Positions 10,644 to 21,103 of a stretch of 64,000 nucleotides of DNA are shown in pieces (position 1 is the first letter of the stretch; each line of letters opens with the position of its first letter). Under the pieces are notes generated by a model that did not search any database, was not told the origin of the DNA, and saw nothing but the letters and a program-made list of their open reading frames with translations. Position numbers and translations under genes: made by a program. Source of the DNA: a virus (Duplodnaviria; Heunggongvirae; Uroviricota; Caudoviricetes). The stretch is from the IMG/VR virus record IMGVR_UViG_3300038451_000684; one strand, written 5' to 3'.

Positions 10644-13600
10644 TTAATATCCGCAACGATAATGAACGGTGTACGCCGTACTTGCTGCCGGTGCTGAGAA
10701 CGCATAGCGAGTGAATCCAGTGCTGTTTTCTAGCGTGTAGCCAACTGTGGATACCGCCGCCGCCGTGTGAACCTCGGCTGAACAGTTTGGATAAGTCGTT
10801 TGTGCCGATCCGTAGAGCACCACTGTAGCTGCCGTGCCAGTTGTTGTACCTGTTCCGGTCGTAAGCGTCAGATCGCCGCTATTGGTTGTGCAAGTGTGGT
10901 TCGTTTCGCAAACGCATGTTGCTCCCGTGCCTGCCGCCGCGCCAGGGGTGCAAGAGAAATTTGTGGATACACCTACATAATTTGGGACTGCGCCAAGACT
11001 GGTTAAGCTCGAATTTACTATGGTGGAATTCAGCGTTGTGCCTGCTAGTGTACTTGCCGATGGTGTGGGAACATTGAGGACGCCGCCGGACAATGATGCT
11101 GCCCCGGAACCGGTTGTGGTGAGGGACTGAAACGGCACCAAGGATGTTGAAAATGAACCTTGGAAGGAAGGCGCATATTCCCATGGCGCGGCAGTGGCTG
11201 TCGAGTTGACCGCTGTTCCCGCTGTCACGGTGGATATGAAAGCGGCGCCATCGTTCAGAAAAATCATTTTAAGAACACCAGTTTCAGCGGAAGAGGCGCT
11301 CATATTCACAATTGAAAAAGTCCACGTTGTTCCGCTGCCACTCGTTGCTGCTGTCAAATAGAGCGTCTGCGTTGAACTGCTGCCGTTGTTGGAAGCGATC
11401 TGCTCTATATATATGCCATCCGTAGAATATCCGGTGATGGTATAAATATTTGCTGTGCGAAGTGCATCGCTTGAAGTAAGAATGGCAATTGCGCTAATAG
11501 CTTGTGCCGGGTCTCCGGTGGTTGGGGCCGTCACGGTAATCACCTGAGAATTTGTACCCGAGCTTACAGCCAAAGAGTATTTGATCAGAAAATCTTGTTC
11601 ATAGGCAACTGTACCCAAATAAGTGGGTGCCCCTGTGATGATGGGGTTGCTTATCGTCGGAGATGTAGCCAGCACTGCCGCGCCGGAACCGGTCGTGTTC
11701 GATATCTGCGAAGTGTTGATCTGTCCGCTGCTGTTGCCGAGCGGGATTCCCGCCCAGGTTCCCGGCGTGCCTCCCGCCACGTTAACCCAGGCGGCGATGC
11801 CATTCACAGACGCGCCGGAGTTCTGCTCCATGTCTCCCTGCGACCAGGTGAGCGTCGTGGGTGCGACAGAGGACTTCGTCGGGAACTGCATCTCCGGGCC
11901 AAACGTCGGGGTAAAGAAAGTCAGCGCCGTTGCGGTGGAATAGGTTGAGCCGAGGGTGCTTTGCAGGTTTACAGTCACCGCGCTGGAATTCGTGGCATCA
12001 ATGTAAGAAATACTTTTGTTTGTATCTGTCCCGATGCTGATTCTTTGCCCAGCCGACAGGTCGGTAGCGCTGCTGCAAGTGAGCACATAAGTCCCGCTTG
12101 TGCCGGTGCAGGTTGTATTTCCGCTGTTAAGGGTACCAGTTGTTCCAGATTGATAAACCACGTCGATGGCATATCGGTTGCCATTCACGCCCTTCCAGTA
12201 GGTTGGCGGAGCAATAATCTGGCCTGGTAGCAAGGTCGTTCCGTTTGGCAGTGCGCCAAAGGCGGTATCCGAATACAAAAATGCGGAAGCCTGAACAGCG
12301 TTCTGATACAACTGACCGATGTTCACGTCGCCCAGCAAACTCAAGACTGCTTTCGAGGAGCCAGCGCGTATGCCCATGCTCCACGATGGCGAGTAGGAAA
12401 GAAAAGGCAACGAACCGGCAGATCCCATTGTATTGATCCGGGACAATGCGGGAATACCGACAAAAGGAGCGCTGCCTCCCATCAAACTATTGACTACGGT
12501 AATCTCAAGAGCTGCGTCGTTGGCAGGAGAAACGACAATTGACGGATAAGTCGTCACGGTTCCTCCATGCTGGTTCCAAACAGTATTGAAATTGAAAAAA
12601 GCCTGAGACGTACTTGTGTTGTTCGGGTTATTGAGCAACGTGACCATACCTATACCGGATTGCAGATTCGTGTTGCTCTCGAACTTGATATCGTGCATGT
12701 CGAGATAAATGTCTCCCGTGCGACCGGTGGCGTCCACCATAATTACCCCGCCGCTGCCGCTGGTGCATGAGGAGCAACTGTTATCGACTGTGCCAACACC
12801 CATCTCTAAATCATCGAAAGCATTAAGCCGCCAGTACACGCACGATGTTTCGACAGAATCGCACCGCCAGCCTCCGCCCATATTTGTATTGATACCGCCG
12901 CCGGAGAAATAATAGCCAAAATACTGTGCGTCCTGCATCCATGTGTTATACAGCCGAGTTCCTGTGTCTACCCGAGACCCATAATATATGTTGATTCCAA
13001 GTGCGGAAGCGCTTGTTACCGTTGGCCCCTGAACCAGTATGTTTGTAAACGATTCTTGATAGCGTGCTGCAGAGTCAGTCGCAATTGCAACGTTAATCGT
13101 TGTAGCCGTGCAGGTATCGGTATAGGTGCCATTCGATACAAGTGGTTCACCAGTAGCAATCGTAAATTGCGAGGAAGAGGCTGAGGTAACCTCACCCATT
13201 GCATAATTCATGCCCAGTGACGAAGTGCTTGTGCAACCGGTAATAATCGCCCAATTATGCACGGAAAATGAGTTAGTGCCCGTGAAGGTGGCAAGGTGCG
13301 ATGGGGCGACACTCGCTATCGGCGAACTCGGGGTGGTTATATAAGCTGAATTGCTGGCTACAACAAAACCAGTGGTGGCCGAGGTCGCTCCCGCAGCCGC
13401 GCCGTTCCATTTGATTTCTGGCGGAGCTTGGCCACCTGTATAGGTTTCGATTACGCCTTCAGTGGCGCATCCATCATATACGTTGATCGTGGAACTGATG
13501 ACATATGTTTTTGCGCCAGGAAACTCAACAACCCCACCGCGAGGGGCAACTCCGTTGTTGTAGCACGCCGCATACGCTGCTTGGATGCCGCTTGTATCGT

Positions 13601-14342
13601 CAGTTGAGCCATTTCCCACCGCGCCGTATTGTGTCACGTCATAGCGAGGACCAATGCTGGTCAGATTTTTGGCGGCAAAAGTATTTGACACGGTGGTTGG
13701 GCTGGTAAACGTTCCGCCGGTGACAGCAAGCGTTACCGTACCCACGCCGCCGGAAGGCGACACACTCACGTTCGCGCCAGGAACAATTTGGGTAACTCCT
13801 CCGGCTGAACTGGTTGGCACCTCCACACTGACGCTGCTGCCGCTTACCTGAAACACGCCGTTGACGTAGCCGCTTGCGGCGGCTGGCGTCGTGCTGTTGA
13901 AATTGGGGTTGCTGACAGAACTTCCGTTTACGTTGACAGTCGTGCCTCCCCCCGAACCGCCGCCTGGGAAGAGGTCAGTCAACGTCACCGGCGAAGGATA
14001 GACATTCGGACTTGTTCCTCCGTTCAGTACCACATCGTAGCCTTGAGTGGTTGCTGCGAAGAACAGCCAGGAACCATCCGTGTTAGCCGTGAACGGGTTC
14101 GTCAGAACCGTGGAAGAAGAATCGGAGTAGATTGTCGCCGGCGTTGTTGTGCCGGTCAGATACACGGTCACCCTGCAGGACGGAATGACGCCTTGCAAGT
14201 AATTGGTGGAATTCAGGCCGGAGGTAGACGCTTGTTTTGCGCCCAAAACGCAGTAATTCTCAACTGCCGCCGTCTGGGCAAACGCTGGGGCCGCAAGCAA
14301 AGACACCAAAACATACAAAAATGCAGTTCTCTTCATCTTCAT
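10644..14342 (-). CDS. secreted right-handed beta-helix (pectate-lyase fold) tailspike/depolymerase-like protein (1232 aa)
   Basis: Sec signal peptide MKMKRTAFLYVLVSLLAAPAFAQ. Motif YDVTQYGAVGNGSTDDTSGIQAAY matches the GH28/pectate-lyase_3 N-terminal signature. T/S/G-rich repeats. Confidence 0.6.
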   Translation of the reverse strand: MKMKRTAFLYVLVSLLAAPAFAQTAAVENYCVLGAKQASTSGLNSTNYLQGVIPSCRVTVYLTGTTTPATIYSDSSSTVLTNPFTANTDGSWLFFAATTQGYDVVLNGGTSPNVYPSPVTLTDLFPGGGSGGGTTVNVNGSSVSNPNFNSTTPAAASGYVNGVFQVSGSSVSVEVPTSSAGGVTQIVPGANVSVSPSGGVGTVTLAVTGGTFTSPTTVSNTFAAKNLTSIGPRYDVTQYGAVGNGSTDDTSGIQAAYAACYNNGVAPRGGVVEFPGAKTYVISSTINVYDGCATEGVIETYTGGQAPPEIKWNGAAAGATSATTGFVVASNSAYITTPSSPIASVAPSHLATFTGTNSFSVHNWAIITGCTSTSSLGMNYAMGEVTSASSSQFTIATGEPLVSNGTYTDTCTATTINVAIATDSAARYQESFTNILVQGPTVTSASALGINIYYGSRVDTGTRLYNTWMQDAQYFGYYFSGGGINTNMGGGWRCDSVETSCVYWRLNAFDDLEMGVGTVDNSCSSCTSGSGGVIMVDATGRTGDIYLDMHDIKFESNTNLQSGIGMVTLLNNPNNTSTSQAFFNFNTVWNQHGGTVTTYPSIVVSPANDAALEITVVNSLMGGSAPFVGIPALSRINTMGSAGSLPFLSYSPSWSMGIRAGSSKAVLSLLGDVNIGQLYQNAVQASAFLYSDTAFGALPNGTTLLPGQIIAPPTYWKGVNGNRYAIDVVYQSGTTGTLNSGNTTCTGTSGTYVLTCSSATDLSAGQRISIGTDTNKSISYIDATNSSAVTVNLQSTLGSTYSTATALTFFTPTFGPEMQFPTKSSVAPTTLTWSQGDMEQNSGASVNGIAAWVNVAGGTPGTWAGIPLGNSSGQINTSQISNTTGSGAAVLATSPTISNPIITGAPTYLGTVAYEQDFLIKYSLAVSSGTNSQVITVTAPTTGDPAQAISAIAILTSSDALRTANIYTITGYSTDGIYIEQIASNNGSSSTQTLYLTAATSGSGTTWTFSIVNMSASSAETGVLKMIFLNDGAAFISTVTAGTAVNSTATAAPWEYAPSFQGSFSTSLVPFQSLTTTGSGAASLSGGVLNVPTPSASTLAGTTLNSTIVNSSLTSLGAVPNYVGVSTNFSCTPGAAAGTGATCVCETNHTCTTNSGDLTLTTGTGTTTGTAATVVLYGSAQTTYPNCSAEVHTAAAVSTVGYTLENSTGFTRYAFSAPAASTAYTVHYRCGY

Positions 14343-14344
14343 CC

Positions 14345-15586
14345 TTATCCCACGCGCTCCACAATCGCGTCGATCCGATATACGCCACCCGTATTGCTGG
14401 CCACCGTGGTTGTGTATTGGATTACAGTCGCAGCAGCAGCGTAATACGTCGTTGAAAGACTTTGTGCAGCCGCTAAGGTTGTTAAGGATGCCGTAGCGGA
14501 TGCCGTCCCGTTGACCGTAGCCAATACTGTTCCAGCCGAACCAGCCGTAGTGGTCTGCACGGATGCCGTCACACGGTAGATTCCTGTTGCCAGGGTGGTA
14601 TAGAGCGTAGTCGCGGCAACGCTGGACGATTGAGTCAGCAAGCTGTACTGCGCCAGTTCCAGCGCCCCCGTAAAGTGAAGCGCAGTGCCACTTAACAGAG
14701 CCATAATTCCGTCAGGAGCGACATATGTGTAGGCAGATCCACAAGTGACTTGTCCAGCCGATACGCCCGTCAGATAATTAGCCACCGTGGAGCTGACGGC
14801 GCTACTTCCAGAGAGGTTGATGTTGACCACGCTGTTATTGTTTGTGGCAAGAAATCCGCGCAAAAGCGCAAGTCCGCCATTGCTCATATCGATGTTGGTG
14901 TAAGCGCCCGTAGCCAACGATTGGCTATCGATGACGGTCAACACAGTCGCTGCCGTAGCGCTCGATGCACTCTTGAATCGCGGCGTGCCGACAACGTTCG
15001 TGAAGACTGGCGTTGCGCCAACATTCAGTGTTACTAGTGTGTTCGTCAAAATCGACATATCGAAGAAGTGTTCGTAGCCGCTGGTGAAGATGCCGCCAGT
15101 GATGGTCAACGACCCGCCAATACGCTCCGATTCAGTCGCAGTTGTTGCCGCATAGGTCAGCGTTCCAGTTGCCGTGGTGTACAGATTTTCAATGTGGAAG
15201 GCCGCGTTCAATTGCACATTGCCCGTGAACGCCCATGTCGAGCCATTGCCAAAGATGGTCATGAAATAGGCAGGGAAGGACACATTGCCGGTATAGGTAT
15301 AGCTGGATGCGGTAGGCGTGGAATAGATTACGCACGGCCCTGTTGCGCTGGCCACGCCTGCAATGAGCTGAGTCAGCGTTGTGTACGGCAGCAATTCCGT
15401 TCCATTGGGCGTATAGCTGTCCGTGCGCGTGCCGTCCAAATAAAACGAGGCTACTGACGATCCAGGATACGCAAACGATGTGGTGCCAGCCGAAGACTGG
15501 TAGGGCTCCGCTCCAGTGGTGCCGCCCGCCAGGCTTGTCGCGACCGACGTTGATCCATAATCTCCAACCTGAACTTGTCCACTCAT
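14345..15586 (-). CDS. tail fibre-like protein (413 aa)
   Basis: T/S/A/G-rich low-complexity protein adjacent to the tailspike gene. Confidence 0.5.
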   Translation of the reverse strand: MSGQVQVGDYGSTSVATSLAGGTTGAEPYQSSAGTTSFAYPGSSVASFYLDGTRTDSYTPNGTELLPYTTLTQLIAGVASATGPCVIYSTPTASSYTYTGNVSFPAYFMTIFGNGSTWAFTGNVQLNAAFHIENLYTTATGTLTYAATTATESERIGGSLTITGGIFTSGYEHFFDMSILTNTLVTLNVGATPVFTNVVGTPRFKSASSATAATVLTVIDSQSLATGAYTNIDMSNGGLALLRGFLATNNNSVVNINLSGSSAVSSTVANYLTGVSAGQVTCGSAYTYVAPDGIMALLSGTALHFTGALELAQYSLLTQSSSVAATTLYTTLATGIYRVTASVQTTTAGSAGTVLATVNGTASATASLTTLAAAQSLSTTYYAAAATVIQYTTTVASNTGGVYRIDAIVERVG

Positions 15587-15590
15587 ACTC

Positions 15591-15968
15591 TTACCTCGTC
15601 AGCAAAATGGTGACTGCTACCGTGTTTGTTAATGCAACCACTTGTGCGCGCACATACTTTGCCCAGAAAGAAGGCAATTCGAGACGACCGACATAGGAAG
15701 TATTCAACCCGCCAGTTATTGTGTTGATGGTCACAAAATGCGAATCCGTATCCACATCGGCGGTCTGAATGTCGACTTCAAACGTTCCCGGATCGCCGCT
15801 GAATGACAATTCCAGCGAGATGCCCCATGGATAAAATGCGCCGCGCTCCCGGCGCAGCTGATAGGCAATGCTGGCCGTCCCTGCCGCCACGGTTTCGTTT
15901 TGAAAGAGAAACGCTTGGCGATTCTCGTAAAGAAGTTGCGCTTGTGCTGGTCCTGTGTATGCTGGCAT
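15591..15968 (-). CDS. hypothetical structural protein (125 aa)
   Basis: ORF in the structural operon. Confidence 0.45.
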   Translation of the reverse strand: MPAYTGPAQAQLLYENRQAFLFQNETVAAGTASIAYQLRRERGAFYPWGISLELSFSGDPGTFEVDIQTADVDTDSHFVTINTITGGLNTSYVGRLELPSFWAKYVRAQVVALTNTVAVTILLTR

Positions 15969-15986
15969 CTCTGCACCTTCCTGTTC

Positions 15987-16044
15987 CCTAACCCCTAATC
16001 CCTGTCACCTAACCCCTAACCCCTAATCCCTGTCTCTATCCCCA
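15987..16044. repeat. C-rich (+) / G-rich (mRNA strand) telomere-like repeat island (CCCTAA/CCCCTAA)n
   Basis: Sequence ctaacccctaatccctgtcacctaacccctaacccctaatccctgtc lies between 16036..17046 and 15591..15968. Confidence 0.6.
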
Positions 16045-17046
16045 TCCGCCAACATTGAGCTGTCCTTCCACCGTGCTGTACGGCTCGCCAAACGCCGACG
16101 GGAACCGTTCCATCCGGGTGAAGTACAGATCAACAAGATTTCTGTCCATGTTGCGAATCATTTGCAGCCGGTTGGCATATTCGGCGCGCGACGCCTGCAT
16201 CAGGAATTGCCAGTTGGCGCCCGAGCCGCGCTCCATCTCGTCGCCCTTTTGCGACTCTTTCCAGAGATAGAGCATCTCGTAGGCGCGCAGCTTTACCAGC
16301 TCTTCCGTCAGCGGAAAGGGCAGCGTATCGGCTGGATTGGTCAGCGCCGGCCAGTTTGCTTGGCAACAAAAGGTGTAGGGCAGTTGCGTAATCGGATGCG
16401 GCCACAGCTCATACAGCATCTGTCCATAAGTTGCTGAACCGGTTCGCGTGTCCTGGCCGTAGGGAACAACGTAAAGTGGCTCGTCGAAATCGGTCCGTTC
16501 CGCGTCTTCGTTGGCCAAGTCGATTTGCGTCTTGCTCCACCAGTCGAGCTGGTTGTTGTTGGTCGTGTCGCGTATGTTGTACCAGCGTTTGAAGCCTGCC
16601 GGAGCTGGATAGTAGGCTTGGTAGGCCATGTAGGTCCCGTTCGTCTGTGCGGGTTCCATCCATGGCCGGTCCAGCGTCAGCACCACGGCGGAGGTGTTTG
16701 TCGCATCGAGGGCAACGACGTTATAGAGCGAATAATACGGAACGCGGATCTGGTACTGGGTAATTAGCGGCGGGTTGGTGATCGTGGCAATCCATGCGGC
16801 CGAGGCCGTGGCGTCGCCGGTGATGGTGTTGGTAAAGGGCGTAACGGTAATTGTTCCGGGGCTGAGAAACTGCGTCGTAGGGCCGCCCAGCAGCGAGGGC
16901 GTCAGCCAGCCTCCGGTTTGAAGTTGGAAGCTCCAGACGTTTTCGTTCTGGATGGCCTGCAGGGCTTCATTGAGCTTGGTTTTGACCAAGCCAAGATTGC
17001 AACCAGGGATGCCGAGCAACTCTTGAATCATGTTTTGAAACGCCAT
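16036..17046 (-). CDS. hypothetical structural protein (336 aa)
   Basis: Long ORF with a good frame. Confidence 0.55.
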   Translation of the reverse strand: MAFQNMIQELLGIPGCNLGLVKTKLNEALQAIQNENVWSFQLQTGGWLTPSLLGGPTTQFLSPGTITVTPFTNTITGDATASAAWIATITNPPLITQYQIRVPYYSLYNVVALDATNTSAVVLTLDRPWMEPAQTNGTYMAYQAYYPAPAGFKRWYNIRDTTNNNQLDWWSKTQIDLANEDAERTDFDEPLYVVPYGQDTRTGSATYGQMLYELWPHPITQLPYTFCCQANWPALTNPADTLPFPLTEELVKLRAYEMLYLWKESQKGDEMERGSGANWQFLMQASRAEYANRLQMIRNMDRNLVDLYFTRMERFPSAFGEPYSTVEGQLNVGGWG

Positions 17047-17051
17047 GCCGC

Positions 17052-17101
17052 CACCCCTGACCCCTGACCCCTTCTCTTACCAAAACGCCTCCTGCGAGTT
17101 A
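17052..17101 (-). terminator. G-rich tract (GGGGTCAGGGGTCAGGGGTGG on mRNA strand) plus rho-independent terminator hairpin
   Basis: Minus-strand hairpin GACGCCUCUUGCG..CGCAGGAGGCGU is followed by UUUUGG, downstream of the 3' end of 17146..17712. Confidence 0.45.
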
Positions 17102-17145
17102 CCCCGCAAGAGGCGTCTGGTTTGTCTTCGGGGGAAAGACCTCGT

Positions 17146-17712
17146 TTAATACTGTCCGCCAAATCCCATCAGTTGCACCTGCTCGGCGGAAAGGTTGGCA
17201 CCGGCTGCCACTGGTGCGCCGATGGTGGAAAGAACACCTGTAAATGTTGCCGGTGTGCCTCCTGCCGCTGCCGTAAATGTTGGCGCCGAAGTGTAGTTTT
17301 TTCCAGGAGTAAGAACAATCGGCGTTGCCGTTACGGTTCCTCCTGCGGCAACCGTAATGGAAATTGCAGCTCCCGTTCCACCACCACCGCTTGTGGTAAG
17401 GGTGTAGGTGCCAGGCGTTTGTCCAGTGCCAGCCCCGGCAATTGTTGCGCTTGCAATACTGCCGCTGGTCGCAAACCGCCAGATCAGGGACCAACTGGCG
17501 CGCGGTCCGACAGCCGCCGGTTGGCCAATCACGTCGTAGGTTCCGCTCACGCTGCGGAAATTTCCGCCAATGTCATCGATGTAGTAGTTGTAGCGCGGAA
17601 GCGAAATCGGATCGCCCGTCGAAAGCAACGACGTAGGACCGCTTCCGTAACCGCACCATGTGCAGCGCAGTCCAACAAAATCCGGGTAACCATGAAGCAA
17701 TGTAAGTTGCAT
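17146..17712 (-). CDS. Ig-like decoration/head-fibre protein paralogue A (188 aa)
   Basis: Shares GGGGT...IVLTPG..TS.PT.T motif with 17764..18612. Confidence 0.5.
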   Translation of the reverse strand: MQLTLLHGYPDFVGLRCTWCGYGSGPTSLLSTGDPISLPRYNYYIDDIGGNFRSVSGTYDVIGQPAAVGPRASWSLIWRFATSGSIASATIAGAGTGQTPGTYTLTTSGGGGTGAAISITVAAGGTVTATPIVLTPGKNYTSAPTFTAAAGGTPATFTGVLSTIGAPVAAGANLSAEQVQLMGFGGQY

Positions 17713-17763
17713 TGCCGCTCCTTGTTGAAGTTCCGGCGACGGATTACCGTCGCCGGAAAGGTG

Positions 17764-18612
17764 TTAGTCCTGAACCGTCGCGCAAGCATATCCAAGAACA
17801 ATCTTGAATGGCGTAGTCGCCGTCGATCCGGTAGTCACAGGATCAAGGACAAGACCGATCACATATGGTGTGATGGTCGTAACCGAAGCAGGCATCAAGC
17901 CAATTGGGGTGGAACCCATAGCAGTCGCAACTGCCCAATTGTTTACAGCTTGCGCAGCTCCTGCCACGGACAGTACGGTAGCCACTCCGAGTTCCTGCAC
18001 AAATCCATAGTTGCCCGGTGTAATTGAGTTTAAGAAAACCACTGGGCGAACCATGTTGGTGGAAATATCTGCGCTGGTAACTTGGTTTACGCTATAACCC
18101 ATTTCAACGGTAAGCGTCGCAGGTGTTCCATCCGTGCCTGTCAGTGTGGCGGTTGGCAGCGATGTGAATCCAGTACCCGGTGTCAAAACGATTGGCGGGG
18201 CAATGGTCGTTGCGGTCAGCACCACAATTTGAATCGTCGCTTGTGTCGTACCGCCGCCGCCTGCAGTGGTAACGATGTAGGTGCCCGGTGCCATGCCAGA
18301 GCCAGCTACAAGCTGGTAAACGTTTTGCACAAAAGTGCCTGGTTGGATGTATCCCACCGTGTTCGTCTTCACATTGGCCGCAGTGGCATTCGACGCCACC
18401 TGCACATAGCGATAGCGTCCCGAGTGCAGCAAGCCGTTGGTCGTGTAGGATGCAGAGTTGGCTTCCTGCTCCGTGGCGTCAAAGTAGTCGCCCAGGTTCA
18501 GGCCACCTGCCGCAAAGGGCAAACCAGTGCGTAGATCCGTAAGCGCGGTCGGCGAGGTGAAGTTCGCGTTATTCCATGCTGTCCAAGTTGGAACAATCTG
18601 TTGCAGTGGCAT
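17764..18612 (-). CDS. Ig-like decoration/head-fibre protein paralogue B (282 aa)
   Basis: Paralogue of 17146..17712. Lies next to the capsid gene. Confidence 0.5.
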   Translation of the reverse strand: MPLQQIVPTWTAWNNANFTSPTALTDLRTGLPFAAGGLNLGDYFDATEQEANSASYTTNGLLHSGRYRYVQVASNATAANVKTNTVGYIQPGTFVQNVYQLVAGSGMAPGTYIVTTAGGGGTTQATIQIVVLTATTIAPPIVLTPGTGFTSLPTATLTGTDGTPATLTVEMGYSVNQVTSADISTNMVRPVVFLNSITPGNYGFVQELGVATVLSVAGAAQAVNNWAVATAMGSTPIGLMPASVTTITPYVIGLVLDPVTTGSTATTPFKIVLGYACATVQD

Positions 18613-18715
18613 CGTCCTTCTCCTTGAAACTAGCTGCCAGCTAACAGCCAGCAGCTAACAGTTCGAAAATCCTGATTTTGCAGGCAACGAATAGCTGATC
18701 GCTGCCTGCTGGCCT

Positions 18716-19948
18716 TTAGACCGAGAATCCAAAAGCATAGTTGTTGTGGCGCGGCTGCACGTTGTACAGGTTCGTGCCCAGCCGCATAAACAGAGCATCG
18801 ATGCTCACGTTATTCGGCATTGGCGCACGGCGCAGACCAAAGTTCCAGCCCTTCTTGTTGGTCGGGCGAATCTTGAAGCTTTCCGGCTCCAGGAAGTAAA
18901 TCACTTCGCTGGGCTGAATCGTGGTGACCGAAGGCAAACCGGAACCGGTCGGCGATACAAGGACGTTCGCGCCGTTCTTGGTGAACTGCGGAGTCGTGAA
19001 CGACACCGTTGTGGTGCTCGATCCAACGCCGTCCTGAAGGTTCGTATTGCCGGCTGCGCCGTTCGCCGGAGCCAGTTCGATGTAGTTCTGAGCCTGGGCT
19101 GAAGGCGCCAGCGGATCGGCATAAATGTCGACGCCGTTGAAGTTCAGGCCATCCCACTTGATGTCGTGCTTGGTGTTCGAAATGTCGCGGCGCTGCGCAT
19201 CGAGCGCGACGGCGATGGCTCTGAACCCGAAAACGTTGGTGATGCCCAGCGTCGGATTGCCGCCTGCGACCTTGATTGTCGACCACAACTGCATCAGGGC
19301 GGCAAAGTCGATCTGGCCGGGTGCTCCAGCCGATGTTCCCAGATATTGCGGCGTCGTGTTCAGCGCCGTGCCGATGTTGCCATTGCGCGCTTGTCCGCCG
19401 TAATTCGTGTAGATGTTGCCGTAGACGGAGGGATCGATGCCGTTGTTCAAGGCTTCGTCCATGCCGTTGATGGTCTTGATGCGATTGTCGAGAACAGTTG
19501 TCGAGGAAGGCTGGCCATGCCGGAAGGAATCCATCTCCTGCATGGTGTTCATGGTCATTACCATGGCTTCCATGTAGAGCTGGTACTCGTCGACAATCTT
19601 TGACGGACCGGAGTTAATCACACCGCCCGTGCCGGAGCCGTCATCCATTTCCCAGTCGTCCAGCGGATACCAGGTGGCATACGCCTTGGGCAGGAACTTG
19701 ATGCCGGTGTTGATCTGTTGGCGGGTCACGGTGACCGTCTGGCCGGGATTCACTGCGGCGCCTTGCGTGCGCCCGTAGAGAATGCCTTCCATCATGCCGG
19801 CGCCGCCGAGGAATTCATCCCACACACCAGCCCTGCGGAGCTTGGCCTGAAACGGCGTATCCACAAACAGGTTGTTGAAGACTACATTTTTGCGGACGCT
19901 TTCCAGGTTCGACGCATCGATTTCGTTATAGAGAGGATCGGTTGGCAC
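18716..19948 (-). CDS. putative major capsid protein (410 aa, GTG start at 19946-19948)
   Basis: Size and position (after scaffold-like gene, before decoration proteins) fit a major capsid protein. Preceded by element copy 3. No diagnostic motif verified. Confidence 0.5.
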   Translation of the reverse strand: MPTDPLYNEIDASNLESVRKNVVFNNLFVDTPFQAKLRRAGVWDEFLGGAGMMEGILYGRTQGAAVNPGQTVTVTRQQINTGIKFLPKAYATWYPLDDWEMDDGSGTGGVINSGPSKIVDEYQLYMEAMVMTMNTMQEMDSFRHGQPSSTTVLDNRIKTINGMDEALNNGIDPSVYGNIYTNYGGQARNGNIGTALNTTPQYLGTSAGAPGQIDFAALMQLWSTIKVAGGNPTLGITNVFGFRAIAVALDAQRRDISNTKHDIKWDGLNFNGVDIYADPLAPSAQAQNYIELAPANGAAGNTNLQDGVGSSTTTVSFTTPQFTKNGANVLVSPTGSGLPSVTTIQPSEVIYFLEPESFKIRPTNKKGWNFGLRRAPMPNNVSIDALFMRLGTNLYNVQPRHNNYAFGFSV

Positions 19949-19977
19949 TGGACACCTTCTTGAGAATGAAATAGAAA

Positions 19978-20050
19978 TGGCTCAAGCCATCTCTGGTCTT
20001 GAGCCATTGCTGATTCCCTGAAGGGGGGCATGCGTCTCGATTGATTTTTC
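19978..20050 (-). promoter_or_regulatory. conserved late-gene 5'UTR hairpin element, copy 3
   Basis: Same consensus as the other copies. Lies upstream of the capsid gene RBS AAGGTG. Confidence 0.6.
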
Positions 20051-20065
20051 AAAACTGCTGCGGAA

Positions 20066-21082
20066 CTAGGCTGCTACTTCTTGCCCATGCTCCACAACTT
20101 CATGGTGAATCGCCTGCGATGTTGCCTGCCGGCGCTGCTGTTCATTCAAATTCAACGGATCTGGCCGTTCGTTGGCCTTGACTGCGCGCGCAACATCGGC
20201 GAACCGGCTGGGCTGCGCAATATGCACGTCAGGGTTGGAACCAATCTTTTCGGCCCACTTGCGATCAGTTTCTTCAATCGCCTTCTGCTTGGCAGCTTCG
20301 GCTTCTTTCAACTTTGCTTCAAAAGGCGCTGAAACTTCTTGCCGAATCTTGGTATCGTGTTCTTCTTCCTGCTTGCGCTGAATCTCGGACTGCTTGCCTG
20401 CGAAGTCGTACTTCCGCGCCACGTAATCGCGGAAAGGCAACCGCGAATTGCTCGCTTCTTCCGCCAGCTTGTCGAAGGAATCGGGGAGGAACTGACCACC
20501 GCTCAATCTCTGGTACTCCTGCATGGCCCAACCGATATTGCTGATGCCGTTGCCCAGCCGCTGGTCGATGGCTTCCATCGTGAAGGTCGGGCTGCCTGGC
20601 GTGCCGCCCTGAACGCCGGCCACATAGCGGCCCTGCGCATCGCGTTGCGGCGTGGCCTGCGCGGCGGCTGGCTGCGGCTGATAGTTGGGGGCCTCTGTCG
20701 GAATAAATCCGGTGGCCTTTGCGCTTTCCAGTTGCGTCTTGTAGAAAGCCAGCTCAGCGTCTTTCTGGGTCTTTTCATTGCCCCAGTTATTCAGCGCCGG
20801 CACGATGCTTTCTTCGTAAAACTGATCGTTGCTGCGTTTGCGAACTTCTTGCGCTTCGAGCGCTTCCGCTGCAGCCTTCCGTTCCTGTTCGGCCTTTTCG
20901 ACCGATTCCGTCGCGGCTTTTCTTTCCTGCTCTGCTTTTGCAGTAGCCTGCTGTGCTGTCTGCCGTTCCTGTTCGGCGGTGGTAAGAACACCAGTAAACG
21001 CAGAAATCGCCTTCGCATCAAGCGCGGCGATCTGCTCGTCAGTCAACCCGGATTGCTTTAAAACCTCTTGGACAGTCGGCAT
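20066..21082 (-). CDS. scaffolding-protein-like coiled-coil protein (338 aa)
   Basis: A/E/K/Q-rich with repeated AEQERKAA heptads. Located between portal and capsid genes. Confidence 0.5.
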   Translation of the reverse strand: MPTVQEVLKQSGLTDEQIAALDAKAISAFTGVLTTAEQERQTAQQATAKAEQERKAATESVEKAEQERKAAAEALEAQEVRKRSNDQFYEESIVPALNNWGNEKTQKDAELAFYKTQLESAKATGFIPTEAPNYQPQPAAAQATPQRDAQGRYVAGVQGGTPGSPTFTMEAIDQRLGNGISNIGWAMQEYQRLSGGQFLPDSFDKLAEEASNSRLPFRDYVARKYDFAGKQSEIQRKQEEEHDTKIRQEVSAPFEAKLKEAEAAKQKAIEETDRKWAEKIGSNPDVHIAQPSRFADVARAVKANERPDPLNLNEQQRRQATSQAIHHEVVEHGQEVAA

Positions 21083-21103
21083 TTCGTGTATTCTCCCGAA
21101 GCG

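Noticed and set aside
10289-10705. Full-length 138-aa track ORF
   Set aside because: Its 5' part overlaps the 3' end of the 1232-aa gene in another frame. The internal ATG at 10621-10623 with an RBS gives a cleaner 111-aa membrane protein.
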